Program-made: the position numbers and the translations under genes
Shown here: positions 24,745 through 55,924 of the stretch, piece after piece
How positions within the stretch are numbered: the stretch's first letter is position 1
Layout: every line of letters begins with the position of its first letter
The notes under the pieces: generated by a model
Seen by the model: only the letters and a program-made list of their open reading frames with translations
The model's database searches: none
Told to the model about the DNA's origin: nothing
Assembly (NCBI GenBank): GCA_012295275.1
Contig: CM022675.1
Span: 1,612,001-1,676,000 of the forward strand
From: Chrysomallon squamiferum
Lineage: Eukaryota > Animalia > Mollusca
DNA: 64,000 nucleotides
Direction of reading: 5' to 3'

Positions 24745-27208
24745 GGTTGCAGCAATGATTTTTATGCGATTTGTTTTATTTAGCAAGTCGTAATTATTAC
24801 TTGCCTATTATTTCATATTCATATAAGTATTGTCACCAGTCTTCATCAGAAAACAAATTAATAACACTGTTTTGCTGGTCCTGTTTGTTATTATTTATTT
24901 TGTTCTAGGTTGTCTCTATCGATATTCCGGAGGTTCGGTATAAATTCATGCAGAGGAAAAATGTTAGAATGCACCCTGACCATATTTCCAAAATGGAGGA
25001 TTTCTTGAAATTATTATATTAATTTCTCTTGCATCAATTATTTGATTAATAATTCTTAATTCTTTACATTATTATTATTATTATATTTACTCTTTTCCTA
25101 ATACTATTATTCGTAAAACCATAAACAAAAGAGATACACTTGAGAAAATTGCAGTTTTGTCTCCAGAAACTGCGGCGGAAAAGACCAATTCTTTAAAGAG
25201 GCAGACGAACACAAACATTTGTTGAACTCTTGACAGCATCATACCACGTGACAGTAAAACCAATCAGCAAAGACGACACAGAATTATTCGATATCTGTTG
25301 ATAATATTTCACGTCATACATCCTTCCACAATCTCTTGTAACTAAAATCATACCTCACATCATGGTAATGGATGAACAACTCTTCTTGTAAGATTTCACT
25401 CTACGTGTATGTAGTGAGCATATACATGCACTGACAACATTATACAGGCAAAATAAGTTGAAAAACCAGACAAAGAGTTAAAAGAAAGAGAAAACTGAAT
25501 AGAGAAATTAAATTAAATTTAAAACAACTGATATATAAAATTAGTAACAATAGATAATTCTAACTTCGTTAATAAAATCTAATACGATTGTTTAGGAATA
25601 TTGCTGTGATTTTGATGTTACAACAGGTTTAATATTACTACTACTACTACTACTGCTAATAATAATAATAATAATAATAACACAACACTAATAATAGTAA
25701 CAATAACAACACAAACAATAACAATAATATTAGCGACAACAAATACAAAAACAACAATTATGTTAATAATAATAATTATAGAACGTATTAAATTGGTCGC
25801 ATAATACAGTTTTATATTTTTATATCACAGTGTGCGCTACAAGTCTTTCATTTAGTAATTATCTGAAGAAGGTAAATAGAAATTAATCTGATATTTATAG
25901 TTTTAAAAATCTATAAAGAGTGTTCAGCAATGTAGTTCATCAATACTTTAAATTTACCGCCAGTAACTCCATTTTACAACTCGAAATTAGACAAATAAGT
26001 AAAATGTGAAGAAAAAAAAACATCATCGTTTACCGTCATACAAGAAGACTAAATCGGTTAACTGGATGGTATAGAAAACAAAACACAAGAAAAACATGAA
26101 AAACCATATATACACATAGATATATTGCTATTAAATATATACGAAACCCACTATTTTTAATATTAGTATTGTAAATATAGCACATAATTGCAGATGAATT
26201 AATCTTTTACAGCACGTTTTATTTTTAAAAGTTGCATGCTTCTGCTCCAGTTGATGTTTATTTACTTACTTATTTATTTATTTATTTATCTACAGCTCTG
26301 TATGTATCTATTTACACCAATATTTTAATGTTATTTAACCAAACAAAAGATCTTCACCACTGTGGAAAATACGATGTAGTATCGCAGTGATTATCTACCT
26401 GTCTACCTAACCTTCCGTGTCTCTCACTATACGTCCATTTCCTTTTCTGCTTATTTATATACATATTTATTTATTTTCTTGTTGTGATTTTCATTTTATT
26501 TTATTCATTTAATATGTTTTTGGTTATTATTATTAATATCATTATCTCATGCACAAAGTATATATATATATTTATACATACATACATAGGTATATTCTTT
26601 ATATACTTACCTATTTATTTTATTGTTGTTATTATTATTAATAGTAGAACTAGTATTAGTTACTTTTTTACTGTGTTTACGAAAATATTAACACAGGAGA
26701 CTAAAACATCCTGCTAAGATTGCCTAAACTCATCCAGGTGTTACGAGAGTAAGTCTCCTATTTGTGCTTAGATAATAAATAATACATCGATTCTTGTAGT
26801 TTTTGTCAGAGTCACACAAACAGTTTTACCTCGAGACATCTCACATCTACTGCTCTACGGACAGGGTTCAGTGGTTGTGTATGCGTTGCTATTTGTTCGT
26901 TATTTTTACTGCAACAATTATTTCGAATACTACAGCTACCACTAATCCTACTCCTACCAATTGTCATTCTGTCAGTACTATGACTAACTAATAATTCTAA
27001 TACTAAAATGACGATTTCAACTCCAAACACTTTTACCAGCAGTACTAAAATAGCCAGTACTGTTGTGAATAATATGCCTAGTGCTACCAGAAGAGCAACT
27101 ACTATTACTATTACCACTAATAACTCCACTATTACTGCCTCTAATAGTATTAATACTGCTACTGTATATTTTGATTTTATTTACCACAAGTGTTAATTAT
27201 AAAGTTAA

Positions 27209-27257
<49 letters not shown>

Positions 27258-27284
27258 TTTTAATGATATAATATACCTACTACA

Positions 27285-27930
27285 CAGATTGTGAGAGCTT
27301 TAAGACACTGCACTGAATGACTTTCAAAATAAACTACGATGTTAAATTAAGCTTGATATTACATGTTTTCTGATTTCTATAGAGTAAAACCTAAATGCTC
27401 TATGATAGATATTATATCTGCGAATGTTAGGGTGTGACACAAAGTTGTGTTCTCAGATGAATGGTGTATACGCTGTTCAGAATAAAAAAATAGTTTTTAA
27501 ATATATCTATCATCCATTAGTATTTGTTATAATTTAATTTTTTGGCGATTGTAGTTTAATTTAGCATACAACATACGTATACGTTCTTACAGGTGCAGTA
27601 CTCAAGAAGTGAGAATTATTATCGTAAACACTTTTTCTGTAATTTATTTTACCATATAATTGACGATGTTAAATTAATCTAGATATTATATGTTTTCTGA
27701 TTTCCATAGAGTAAGAACGAAATGCTCTGAGACAGATATTTTATCTGCAGGTGTTAGGGTGTGACACGAAGTTGTATTTTCGGTTTAATGGTGTATACAC
27801 TATTCTAAATAAAAAGTTAGTTTTTTAACATATCTCTCGGCCAGTGATGGGTGTTATTATTTGATTTCTCTAATGAGGATACCTTAATTTAGTACAAAAT
27901 ATATGTATACGTCCCAGTAGCTGCATTATA
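27285..27930 (+). repeat. Tandem pair of the ~300-bp core repeat
   Basis: Colinear with 10495-11050. Confidence 0.85.
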
Positions 27931-28249
27931 TAAGATATTTACTAACAGATTTTTATTTTTTATTTATTTACTATTTATGTATTTTTTATTTCATTATGTT
28001 GTTTTTGTATTATTATTATTTTTTGTGTCTGTTTTTTAGAATTTGGACAACGTCGTCTTAAACTATATCATGGGGTTTTATCTTTAAACTTCGCAGTAAC
28101 ATTGTGTACCTGACTGGGATTTTTTATTCTATTAAATTAATTTCAAATACCGAGTGAATTTCCGTTCAATCGCTGGTTTCTAATATCTTTACCGTACATT
28201 TATGCGTGTATGTGTGGGTGTTTGTGTGTGTGTCTATGTGTGTTTGTGC

Positions 28250-28284
<35 letters not shown>

Positions 28285-28487
28285 TGTGTGTGTGTGTACG
28301 TGTGTGTGTGTGTAGGTGTGTCTGCATTTTGTGATTTGAATATTTTAGACAATGTCCGGGAACGTATTACGCAGGAGGACAAAGTCCAATCACGACCTCA
28401 CAAACCTCGTCAGATGCCGGACGACATTAACCCGAGTGACTATGTTAACACACACACACACACACACGTACGACATACATACATACA

Positions 28488-28578
<91 letters not shown>

Positions 28579-28859
28579 AAAAATGAAGAAAAAATACGCC
28601 TGTCTGACTAACCGATCATCTTCAAGTTGCCTAAAAACTCTGACCTGTTTCTGCACAGATTGTGAGAGCTTTCAGACACTGCACTGAATACATCATTATG
28701 TAGATCGTGCAAGGAAATGGTTTGATCACAAACAGAGTGAAAAGATAATTATTCCTATTGACACAAAATTTGATTTCATGTCAGTGGACAAAAGTAAAAA
28801 TAAGATAAATAAACAGACAAATCAGAAGATTACAGGGATAGGTAGATAAACAGACGTAT

Positions 28860-28928
28860 TGATGAACAGATATTTAGAGAGATAAATTTAGAGACAGCTA
28901 AATAGATACATCAATTGATAAATAGAGA

Positions 28929-28964
<36 letters not shown>

Positions 28965-29250
28965 TAAATATATAGACAAATATATATATATAGATGAATA
29001 GATAGATAGATAGAGAGATAGATAGACATACAGACAGACAGATAGATAAATATATAGACAGATATATAGAGAGACAGAGAGATAGATAGACAGAGAGATA
29101 GATAGACATACAGACAGACAGATAGATAAATATATAGACAGATATATAGATAGATGAATAGATAGATAGACAGACAGACAGACAGATAGATAAATATATA
29201 GACAGATATACAGATAGATGAATAGATAGATAGACAGAGAGATAGATAGT
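28860..29250. repeat. Compound (GATA)n/(GACA)n microsatellite
   Basis: Direct reading of sequence. Confidence 0.9.
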
Positions 29251-30049
29251 TATTAGAAAAGTATGAACAATATGGGGAGATTAGTTTGTACAACAAGATT
29301 CTGACACGTGCATATATAGTATATGTATGTCTGTGTGTCTGTCTCGGTGTATATGTTTCTGTGCAACGTAAAAATATTAATAAAAGTAAAAAGTATAACA
29401 AATAAATATAATAAAATATGTTTATTAAAATTTTGGATGGAAATTATAATAATTACGCCAGATTATTTTAAAAGATCTGGTACAACCATATAGCTGAGAA
29501 AGATCTTTGAACTCTATAAATAAATACATAATTAATATAATGCAGTTCTGCAACAACTTTGAGAAATAAGAGTCTGTAATAATTAATTTTAAGTTTACTA
29601 TAATGCAGTAAATGTAGTTTGGGAAATTATGTTGTGTGTCTAATGTTTTTTATTACTATTAGTATTACTTTTGAAATAATGGGTACCACATCAATCATTG
29701 TGTCGAAATTATTTTCGTATTTGTCGAAAAATATTATTATTATAATTTATTATTTTTATTAATATTGCAGGCAAACAGTAGCAAGTAACCATTTTATTAT
29801 ATTTTTTGGCAGCAAGATTTGTTTTTCTTAAAACAATAAACACTGCTGGTATTTGTTAAAACATGGTAAATTCTGTTTATTTTGCTATTCATTTGAAGGA
29901 CAGGACAAACATGAACTATATTTAGAATGCTAGAAAAATGTTTTGATATATTTTATTTTAAATATTTGCATGGAAACATAAATCATTTTTAGCTTATAAT
30001 ATGGAAACTTTTTGTTTGTAAAACTCAAGCTTTTTACTTGGATATGTGT

Positions 30050-30085
<36 letters not shown>

Positions 30086-30482
30086 TACACACACACTCAT
30101 ATTTGTGAAGGGAGCATATAAATAATATATACAAAAAAAAAAAGAAATCAAACGTAACAAATGCAATCAAAATAAATAACCAGCAGAAATCTAACAAAAA
30201 TGTTTTAAGTATATATTTACAACAGTTTTAACACTTTTCAGTTTTGTTTGTTGTTTAGTCTTCAAGATCGAAATGCTGCGTCACATACTGTTACATTCAT
30301 TCAGCTGTTTTCTCAGCATGTGGATGTAAATACAGGTTTTAAGTAGTTACTAACAGATGTACACACTGTCTTCTTTACCATGTTTACTTCTGAGCAAAAG
30401 GAAAATAAAACATAGAGTGAACTTGAATTGATTGCAAATGAATAGATTTCTGAAAAAATCTCCGCCTTTTTTTATAATGAAT

Positions 30483-30517
<35 letters not shown>

Positions 30518-30881
30518 TTCATTCATTCATTCATTCATTCATTCATTCATTCATTAATCCTACTGCATGGGATGTTTATGTTACTTGTCTACTTTATTTA
30601 GTCACTTTGTGCTTCGTAATGTTTTTTATTCATTTATTTTCTCTTTTTATTTGTTTATTTTATTTTATTTTATTTTAAAGATAAATTTTGAAGAAAAAAA
30701 ATTAAGAAACGAGATAACTAGTTTGACATCACTTTGACTAATGTAACGTGTAATAATACAAATCTAGACTAACACTCGGCTCACACAGCAACACTCGTTG
30801 TTTTCTTTCACTTGTCATGCATCCAAAACTCATGTTAAAACCAGTTATTCATTGGTCAGGATGGTTTCTTTGTCCTTACCA

Positions 30882-30981
30882 TATAAATACAGCTAAACAC
30901 ACCGTGAGATGCAGTTTTATGTTTTATTCTAACTGTGTAAAGGAGGATAAAGCTTCTTTTGTGAGTGTCTCAAGTAAGAAG
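30882..30981 (+). promoter_or_regulatory. TATA box + Inr-like start + non-coding first exon, probable promoter of paralog B (intron 1 ~9.4 kb)
   Basis: TATAAATA at 30882; GCAGTT with its A at 30913; donor AAG|GTACGT after 30981. The ATG exon of paralog B has an acceptor at 40346. Confidence 0.6.
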
Positions 30982-31672
30982 GTACGTTCACGATACCTTA
31001 CTTTAGTGAATATGTTTTTATGCATTTTTTTTTTTTTTACTATTGCATGCATCTGATTTCAGTAAATAGCACGTGTATATGTATATACCTATGTAACAAA
31101 AGACACATCACCGGTTTTAGTATTACTAGAGTTCTTTTTTTTCTTATGATGTTGTTGTTGTTTTTGCTACCTCAAAGTAAAATTAACGCGCGTTACATTT
31201 TAATATATTTTGTTATATTAAATTAAATAAAATAAAATAAAATTATATTATATTATATTATATTATACTATATTACATTACATTTTATTTTATTTTATAT
31301 ATATATATATTACACTTAAGGTGCCCATGTGGAGATATTAATAAAGTAAATACACAAATATGTTTATGTATTTGCTAGAGATGTCTTTGGAAGTTGATAA
31401 ACCAGTATACATATATATATATAAAGTGACATTAGTATTAATATTACATCAATATTACGATAGTCATTGCATTAAAACTTTATAAAAGTCTTCTTCTATT
31501 TTTTCATTTTTTCGTCCGTTTATATAACTTATTTTGTATCACTTTACAAACAAACATATTTGCCTACGTACATAAAAGCAACTCAACATCAGATATATTT
31601 TATGCTGGATTAAAATCATAAAAAATTACATAATACATTTACTTTTGCGTACAAGAAAAATGAAATAAAATA

Positions 31673-31744
<72 letters not shown>

Positions 31745-32262
31745 CAGAAAATAATCTCTGTATGTAGCATGTGTGTGTGTATGTGTGTGTGTGTGAGTAT
31801 CTGTACATTTTCTATGTAATAGAACTGCTGCTCTTCAGAGTAAAATAATAAATAAATAAATAAAATTAAATAAATCGTTTCAGTTGGCAACAGGAGACTC
31901 ACATTTTAATGTTTTGATGTAGAATTAGAAATTTCTTTTGGATAACATCAAGAACGTATTTCCTCACAGTTGAAATAGAACATCGTAGCTTCTTCTTGAT
32001 TTGAACTTAACTGTATTTATTTATTTATTTATTTATCATCATCACTGTTATTATTATTATAATTATTATTATTATTTTATTATTATTATTATTTGTAGTA
32101 GTAGTAGTTGTAGTAGTAGTAGTATCAATTTAACTTTTTAACAACAAAACAACGAAACAAATCGATAAAACAATAAATATTTTCTTGTTATCTAACCTAG
32201 ATGTTATTCCTCTTATTGATCGTTTGGCTATAAATGTTGAGAATTTTTTTTTTTTTTTTTTT

Positions 32263-37855
<5,593 letters not shown>

Positions 37856-38349
37856 AAAAGTAAGTAAATAAATATGTTCAAGTCATAAAGTATTTTGACT
37901 CTCACCGAGCAGTATTGACTTTTAAGCAACAGTACTACTAAAATCTGTTTTCACTTTGAAGTCTAACACTTGTATGACTAAAACCAATTCATGCCTTTTG
38001 TGTGTATATATATATATATATGAATTGATAATTCGAAATTAATGCACAGTATTTTTCTCCGTCACTCTTACTGTTTGTAAATGTTAACTGAAATGTGGAC
38101 AGCAAATAACCCGTTAGATCTTTTTAAATGTCCACAATTTGCATCACTCTGTAATGAGCAACAGTGCGATAAAAAAAAAAAAAAAACACATGTGTATGAA
38201 GATATGTACAACTGCTTATACTGGTTATAATAAAAGTAATAAGATCAATAATAACTACAACTACAGTTATCAATCTGATTCTTACTGCTACCATTACTAC
38301 TACAACCACTACTTTTATTGATACTACTATTGATACTCCTGCTAATACT

Positions 38350-39440
38350 CAGAAAATACAGGTAAAATTAATTCAGAAAAGTACAGATCTATTACATTAG
38401 TTAGAGAAAACTCTTTACAGCGGTGCTAATTATTACAGTTGTATGAACAAAACAAAACAAATGATTTTACTTTTATGGATTTCTGGAAATACTTTGATTC
38501 AGGCTAGAAAGCCGGGTTTTGGGGAAAATGATGGTAAATGTTCGCAAGAAAATCGCAATATTCAACAAATATATGCGTCAATGCACATAATTCATTGACA
38601 CAGTATTTTTCCTGCTGTATTGGTGTTAGACAAGGTGAAAATGTGTCGCCTTTACTATCCTCTCGTTCTATCCTAATAATAAACAAAATCATTTAAAAAT
38701 CAATGAATGCCTGGGAATAAACCAAGATGAATTATTCAGTCATTCTTTAACACAGACGTGGCATGTCCTTTTTGTTTTACTATATAACGATATACAGACA
38801 ATTACCAAGATATGCACAAATATCTAAACGTTTCTGATTTTTACTTCATGAAATTGAAACTAATAGAAAACTGAAAAATATGAAAAATAGAAATATTATA
38901 AGAAAATGCTTTTATCTTGAAAATCAAAGTAGAAAGTTATAAATGTCTTGGTATTATCAGAGTGTTTGAAGTTCGGTTCAGGGATTGGTAAAGTTGAATA
39001 GTCAGCTGTGTACTACAGCAAACACTTTCGAACAGGATGACACAAATGTAAATGGTATATTAAATTAGGAATAATTAAAACCCCTTTCGTGAAAGAAAAA
39101 GATAATATCATACTGTCAAAATAATGTAATATATAATTTATACGTAACTTTCATCAACTTACAGCAACACAATTTTTACATAATACATAAATATATTTTT
39201 AATAAGTTATCGTTCTGAAATAAAGGTGTGTTTCATTCAGATATAATTTGGTATATATAGACTTAATTATAAAACTAATTTAATAGTGATGTTGTTTTCT
39301 TTCATTTTATATATATATATATAATAAAAATGTTGTACATTATTGTAAATCCACCATCTTGTTATGATTACATTAACTTGTATATGTGAATCTCTTCATT
39401 AGACGTAGACTACGTGCTGGGAGTAAACAAAGTTCAGTTG
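38350..39440 (+). mobile_element. Degenerate LINE (CR1/L2-group-like) reverse transcriptase fragment
   Basis: Ordered RT motifs with stops and frameshifts: KYRSITL (~38380), FMDFWKYFDS (~38475), YFSCCIGVRQGENVSPLL (38604-38657), and an LLY.D-like motif (~38780). Confidence 0.75.
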
Positions 39441-40175
39441 AGACGTGACAAACACAGCTCATCAGTCAACTCTGAAACTGATCACTGATAATCTGAGCTG
39501 AAGTATTTTCTATGTCTGAATCAATTTGTGTCATAATTGTGTATAATAACATGTCCTGAGTGGTCAGCATGTATTATCTCAACATGTCAAAATAGGAATT
39601 CACGCATCGTCTCACGTACGTTCTTTGTTGGGTGAGTGTTTCTGTAAACGTACATGGTTACACAATGCAACTCGCAATCGTAGATTCAGCTTTCTACAGA
39701 AAACAACACAAAGTAAGTCAGTAAATCAAACACTGCATTTCGGAGGACACACTGTTTTTGATTTTCAGACGTACATTGTCATTTTGAAAATTAAACTCAC
39801 TAAGTCTATTGCCTCCCTACAAAAACAGAAACCGTGATCTTTCTCTTACTTTGTGATATTTTATTACAACATCTAGAACTTATCTCATTAAAGAAAAGCA
39901 ATATGTGTTGATTAAGATGTTTTGTTTGTTTGTCTTGTTTTTTGCTAAAAGACGTATGATAACACGAGTTGAATGTCTGACAACTATTAAAAATGAGCTA
40001 CTTGGTGACTACAGCAGTTTAATCAGCTCTCAGGAAACGGGCCCAATCAGAAACCAGGTTTTCAGTCTGACATCAAAATTACTTCAGATCACATCAAATT
40101 AAACATTGCACAACAGAGGGACGTGCAAACAGCATATAGTGAAAATTGAACAAACCATATGACGCAAACATATAT

Positions 40176-40227
<52 letters not shown>

Positions 40228-40358
40228 AGATAACAAGACATCTATATAAGCCATTTCTCAGACTTTCATCTTCTCGTTTCTTCTTTCTTATTAATTTATT
40301 AATTTATTTATATATTTATTTACTTTACTCTACTTTACTTTTTCAGCATCAACTAAAG

Positions 40359-50931
<10,573 letters not shown>

Positions 50932-51147
50932 TTAACCTGACAAACATTTCATACACTTTAGTACCAAACTGAAGTTAAAAACTGTTTTTACTTTTAGATA
51001 AAATAGCTTTTGTTTAAAATTTTCTTTGCTTTAGCATTAGTTACTAGTACATTACGTTTTGAAGGTTATTTGTCTTCTTTTGTTTTTTTCTTTCTTTTTC
51101 ATTCTTTCTTTTTCTTTCTTCACATTTTTATTTTATTGTTGTTGTAA

Positions 51148-51217
<70 letters not shown>

Positions 51218-51628
51218 CAGTATTATTTGTTTCCATTACTTACTTATTTATTTATCGTTTTATTTTATTTATTTATTTATTAGTTAAGATTTTATGAAAA
51301 TAAAAACAAATTCTCTATCTTCAGATTTAATTTTCTTCCAAATTTCGTTTTGCTTTTCTTTCTATATTTAATATTTTTCTTATTTTCTTATTGATATTTT
51401 TTTATTACTTCTTTGTTTGTTTTATTTTACTGTTTATTTTGTTCTAGTTATTTTTTACTATTATTGCACACACACACACACACACACGTATTGCGGTTTA
51501 CTTTCTCCTTGAGCTGTAGCTTGGATTACTGAAATCCAAATTGTTTTGTAATATACGCAGTACTTTTCTTTCTTTTCCTTGACCTGGCATAAAAAGAAAA
51601 GGTTTTGCTTTGATCTTTTGGCGTTGCC

Positions 51629-51670
<42 letters not shown>

Positions 51671-51673
51671 TTG

Positions 51674-51728
<55 letters not shown>

Positions 51729-51898
51729 ATAATTATTACTGTTATTGCTATGTTTACATTTAGTTTTATTATTATTATTTTGTCCTCGTTCTTTCGTTGC
51801 CTCATTTCGTATTCCTGTAGCTGTATTAGTATTTTTTTATTTCTTTTAATTGATTTATTAACTTTTTTTTTTTTTTTTTATATATTTGCAATAGTTTG

Positions 51899-51904
51899 AA
51901 TAAA
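51899..51904 (+). terminator. Probable poly(A) signal of paralog B
   Basis: AATAAA in a context homologous to 24739, followed by GT/T-rich sequence. Confidence 0.6.
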
Positions 51905-52513
51905 GCTTATTGGGGTGCATCTCATGTACTTTGTTTTCTGTAATATGTCGTAAATATTAGTTGAGATTTATTTTATGTCTATATAATTATTATTAATACT
52001 ATAGTTGGGGTATTCGGCTTGTTGTATAAATTCATGACAGAAGAAAAGCTTTATCCCTGCTATTTCCAAAATGAAGGTTTTTGTTGTAATTATCATATTT
52101 CTTCATGCATATAACGATGTTTTTCCTTACTGTTTTCTAGTTAGATTACTGTACTTACACAACGAGCTATCAGTAAAGACTGCAGAGAATCACTTGATAT
52201 CAAGTGATATTATTTCATATCGTTACTGATTATAACTATACATTGTTATTGAAGATAATTATGAATTGAGTTTTAAGAAGAAAGGAATTTGTCTTCTATT
52301 TAATTTCTCTATTCAGTTTTATCTTTGGTGTTACTCTATCTCTGATTTTTCAACTTATTATTTTCTTCAGTTTAATATTGTCAATACATACACTTATAGC
52401 GAAATCTTTCAAGAAGTGTTTTTCCTCCATTACCATCAAGTGTAACAGTAGTAGTAACAGTAGTCTTAGTAGTAGTAGGAGTGTTATTAGTACCAGCAGC
52501 AGCAACTGAACGA

Positions 52514-52552
<39 letters not shown>

Positions 52553-52604
52553 GGTATTATTATTATAAGAAGTAGCAGTATACCTCTATCTGTGCAGCAC
52601 TAAA

Positions 52605-52872
52605 GAGAAAAGACAACTGTGAATTAATTTACTATAACAAAGATCCGTTTAGAGATGACAAGAAAATGGCAGACATGTTTGTTGCTTCATTTAACAACAG
52701 ACAAAACTAAACTAAATATCTGTCGATACATAACAAGGGAGACTACTGTTGTCACAGCTGAGTGCGGGTATCCATTGCTCGAGTTTTTATGCTACTGGAA
52801 GATGGCGACGTTAAGACATTTCAAATATGTTTATTATTTACTTAATGCTTTCTTCAAAACAGTTTTATAGTT
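52605..52872. repeat. Diverged inverted repeat, partner at 60075-60345
   Basis: GAGATGACAA.AAAATGGC...CACAGCTGAGTGCG...ATGGCGACGTTAAGA.ATTTCAAAT...CTTAATGCTTTCTTCAAAA.AGTTTTATAGTT is the reverse complement of 60075-60345. Confidence 0.8.
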
Positions 52873-52979
52873 AGAACTGAGAACTCTTAACTACTTTTAT
52901 CTGAAAAGAATAATGGAAGTACAATACAATAAGTAATAAAAATAAATAATATATGAAATAGAATAAAGGACACACATAG

Positions 52980-53027
<48 letters not shown>

Positions 53028-53229
53028 TTTTATCACTTTCCACGTGTCAGTGAATTAATACAGAATCATCAATGTAACACGTATCAGATAATAACTTTTG
53101 TTTGTAATTTCCTTTCATTAAGAGATAGCCTTATCAACATCAATAAGTAAATATATAATTTCGCTGTCAAACTATCTGAAGAGATTTAAATAAAAAACTT
53201 AGGCTTTTGAAATTCATAGTTTAACTGAC

Positions 53230-53276
<47 letters not shown>

Positions 53277-53384
53277 GTTCGTAAGTATTATAATTACTCA
53301 ATGAAATTACATTTTCACTACGTAACTAAGTACTTACAGATCACTGTAATTATAATCGTGTACAATTATGATGATCAAACTATG

Positions 53385-53561
53385 ATATCAAGTGATTCTG
53401 TGTAGTCTTTGCTGATAGGTCATGCTGTCACGTGTTAAGGTGCCACCAAAAGTTCAGATAATCTGCCTGTTTATAAACTTAGTCTGTTCTGTTGCTACAT
53501 ATCTAGTTAGAATTATAATGTAGTAAGGTAGTTTTGCTTTGTTTATTAATTCGGACAAAGT

Positions 53562-53595
<34 letters not shown>

Positions 53596-53975
53596 TAATA
53601 ATAATAATAATAATAATAGTAATAATAGTGATAATAATCGTAAGAAATATTTATTAATATAGAAAAACAATAAGGATTCACAAGTACAGTAGTCAATGCT
53701 AGAAAAAAGTAAATATAAAACATCGTTATATCCATGAAAAGCTATAATAATTTCAGAAAGAACCTCCATCTTGGAAATAGCAGCAAGAAATCTATTCTTC
53801 CGGAATGAATTTATATAACAAGCCAAAACCCCTAACATAGTAATCATAACAATTATATAAACATTAAATAAATCTCAATCAATATTTTAGAAATATTACA
53901 GAAAACAAACTACATGAGATGCACCACATGTGAGACAAGCTTCATTCAAACTATTGTAAATATAATAAAAACAAA
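53385..53975 (-). pseudogene. Inverted copy of the gene family's 3' end / poly(A) region and 3' flank
   Basis: 53760-53970 is the reverse complement of 51880-52080, with the poly(A) signal degraded to AATGAA. 53385-53445 matches 52165-52202 and 25240-25295. Confidence 0.8.
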
Positions 53976-54027
53976 ACACAAAATAATAATAAATAAAGAA
54001 ACGAATAAATTAATAAATAAGTTAAAA

Positions 54028-54067
<40 letters not shown>

Positions 54068-54165
54068 AAATAAATAAATAATAATAACAATACTAACAAA
54101 TAAATAAATAAATTACGAATATAGCCATACGAATAGGAAAACAAAGGAAAAAAAAAGAACAAAAA

Positions 54166-54201
<36 letters not shown>

Positions 54202-54232
54202 TAATAATAACAACAACAACAACAACAACAAC

Positions 54233-54281
<49 letters not shown>

Positions 54282-54430
54282 GGAAATACTGGTATTACCA
54301 TAGCCAGTATTACCGCTTTGTCTTAAAATACAGTCGCTAAGATATCGAGTTCATTTATCGATGTAAAGAAAACAGATCTTGCACGTCATTAATCTCATAA
54401 TAAGCATAATGATGATGATGATGAGAATAA

Positions 54431-54502
<72 letters not shown>

Positions 54503-54792
54503 CAGTAATTATAATTATAACAATAAACACAATCTTGACTTTTAGCATAATCAGTATGATGTTACATTTTGGTTTCTGGATTTCCTCCAGAAATAAAAAG
54601 ATCATCTTTGTGACAAGTATTACTGATAAAGAAAGTCATTAGAGACTGAGTCTCCAATGCCTCCCAGTGTCTTTATCCCTGAAACTGAGAGATTTATACA
54701 TTTTACTTCTATTCAGTACGTTAATGAACACTAAATACTGATGTTTCGTGAGAGGAATAAGTTAGCGACAAAACATGAGAGGACTATCTGGG

Positions 54793-55145
54793 CAAGGGGC
54801 GGGCAAACTTCTTAACACAGGGGCCGGATGGATCTGATAGGAAGAGCATCAGGACCAGAATACGAAATGAGAACAACAAATATTTCAAAACGTGTATTTT
54901 ATGTAAACAGTAATTTCACTATTAACTCGGCGAGTACCTTCGAGACACCTTAAATTTTAACCTTGAGTGCGACGTGAATAAACAATAAAAATAATAATAA
55001 TAAGTAAAAAAAAGTAGCTCTATGAATTGACTTTATTTGATTGACTTTTATTTTGCTGTCTCGCGGGCTGCATGACAATGTTAATTGTTAACAGTTTCGT
55101 GCGCCAGACAATAAATCTTCCCGGACCGTTGTTTACCCGCCCTAC
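54793..55145. mobile_element. Non-autonomous hAT-like element (MITE-sized)
   Basis: Imperfect TIRs CAAGGGGCGGGCAAAC (54793) and GTTTACCCGCCCT (55131-55143), GC-rich GGGCCG-type subterminal motifs and an AT-rich core. No clear 8-bp TSD seen. Confidence 0.55.
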
Positions 55146-55390
55146 GGAGGACAATTGCTGGAATTGCAAACAAAGATTAAGAAAATGCATGACCTCATCA
55201 GACGTACATTCTGCAACCAGTTTAAGTATACCAACTGCTCATACATTTCAAATTATGACCGTACACACAAACACACACATGCACAGTATTTTGTCAGTAA
55301 AATGATACAGAATCTTCAATGTAACACTTGTGTGATAACAACTTTTGTTACCAATGTTCACTCATTAAAATATAGCCTATACAGATAGAG

Positions 55391-55421
<31 letters not shown>

Positions 55422-55924
55422 AAAATAAATAAATAAATGAAATTAAAATTAAAATTAGAAAAAAGATTCGTGATCGGGGTTGTGATATTTGCTCTCAAAC
55501 TGTCTGAAGAGATTTAAAGAAAACATTGCCATTTGAATTTAAAAATTAATTGAGGACGTTATTTTTATTTATTTTTTATTTCTATATATTTTTTTAAAAT
55601 TAAGTTCTTTGAATAGCTTTCTTGCATTTTTACCACAGTTTACGGTTTTATAATTAGTTAATAAATTATCACTTTCAGTACGTAATTAAATACTAATAAA
55701 TCAATGCAATTTTAATCTTGTATGATTATTGTGATCACACCAGCGTTGTGAGTGCGTAATTACAGACTAAAACAGTTGATACAGCTTTTTTTATTTTTTT
55801 ATTCAAGTCGCATACAAGTTTAACATTGGGTATTAGAAAAGACAACGACTTAGTACTAAGTTTAGTTTAAAAAAAAATGATTTTGGAAAGTTAACGATAA
55901 GTTTTAGGGTAACGTTTCAAATAC

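Noticed and set aside
28340-28445. GC-richer island between microsatellites as possible exon or tRNA-derived SINE
   Set aside because: No A/B boxes, cloverleaf, convincing splice pair or recognisable peptide; left unassigned.
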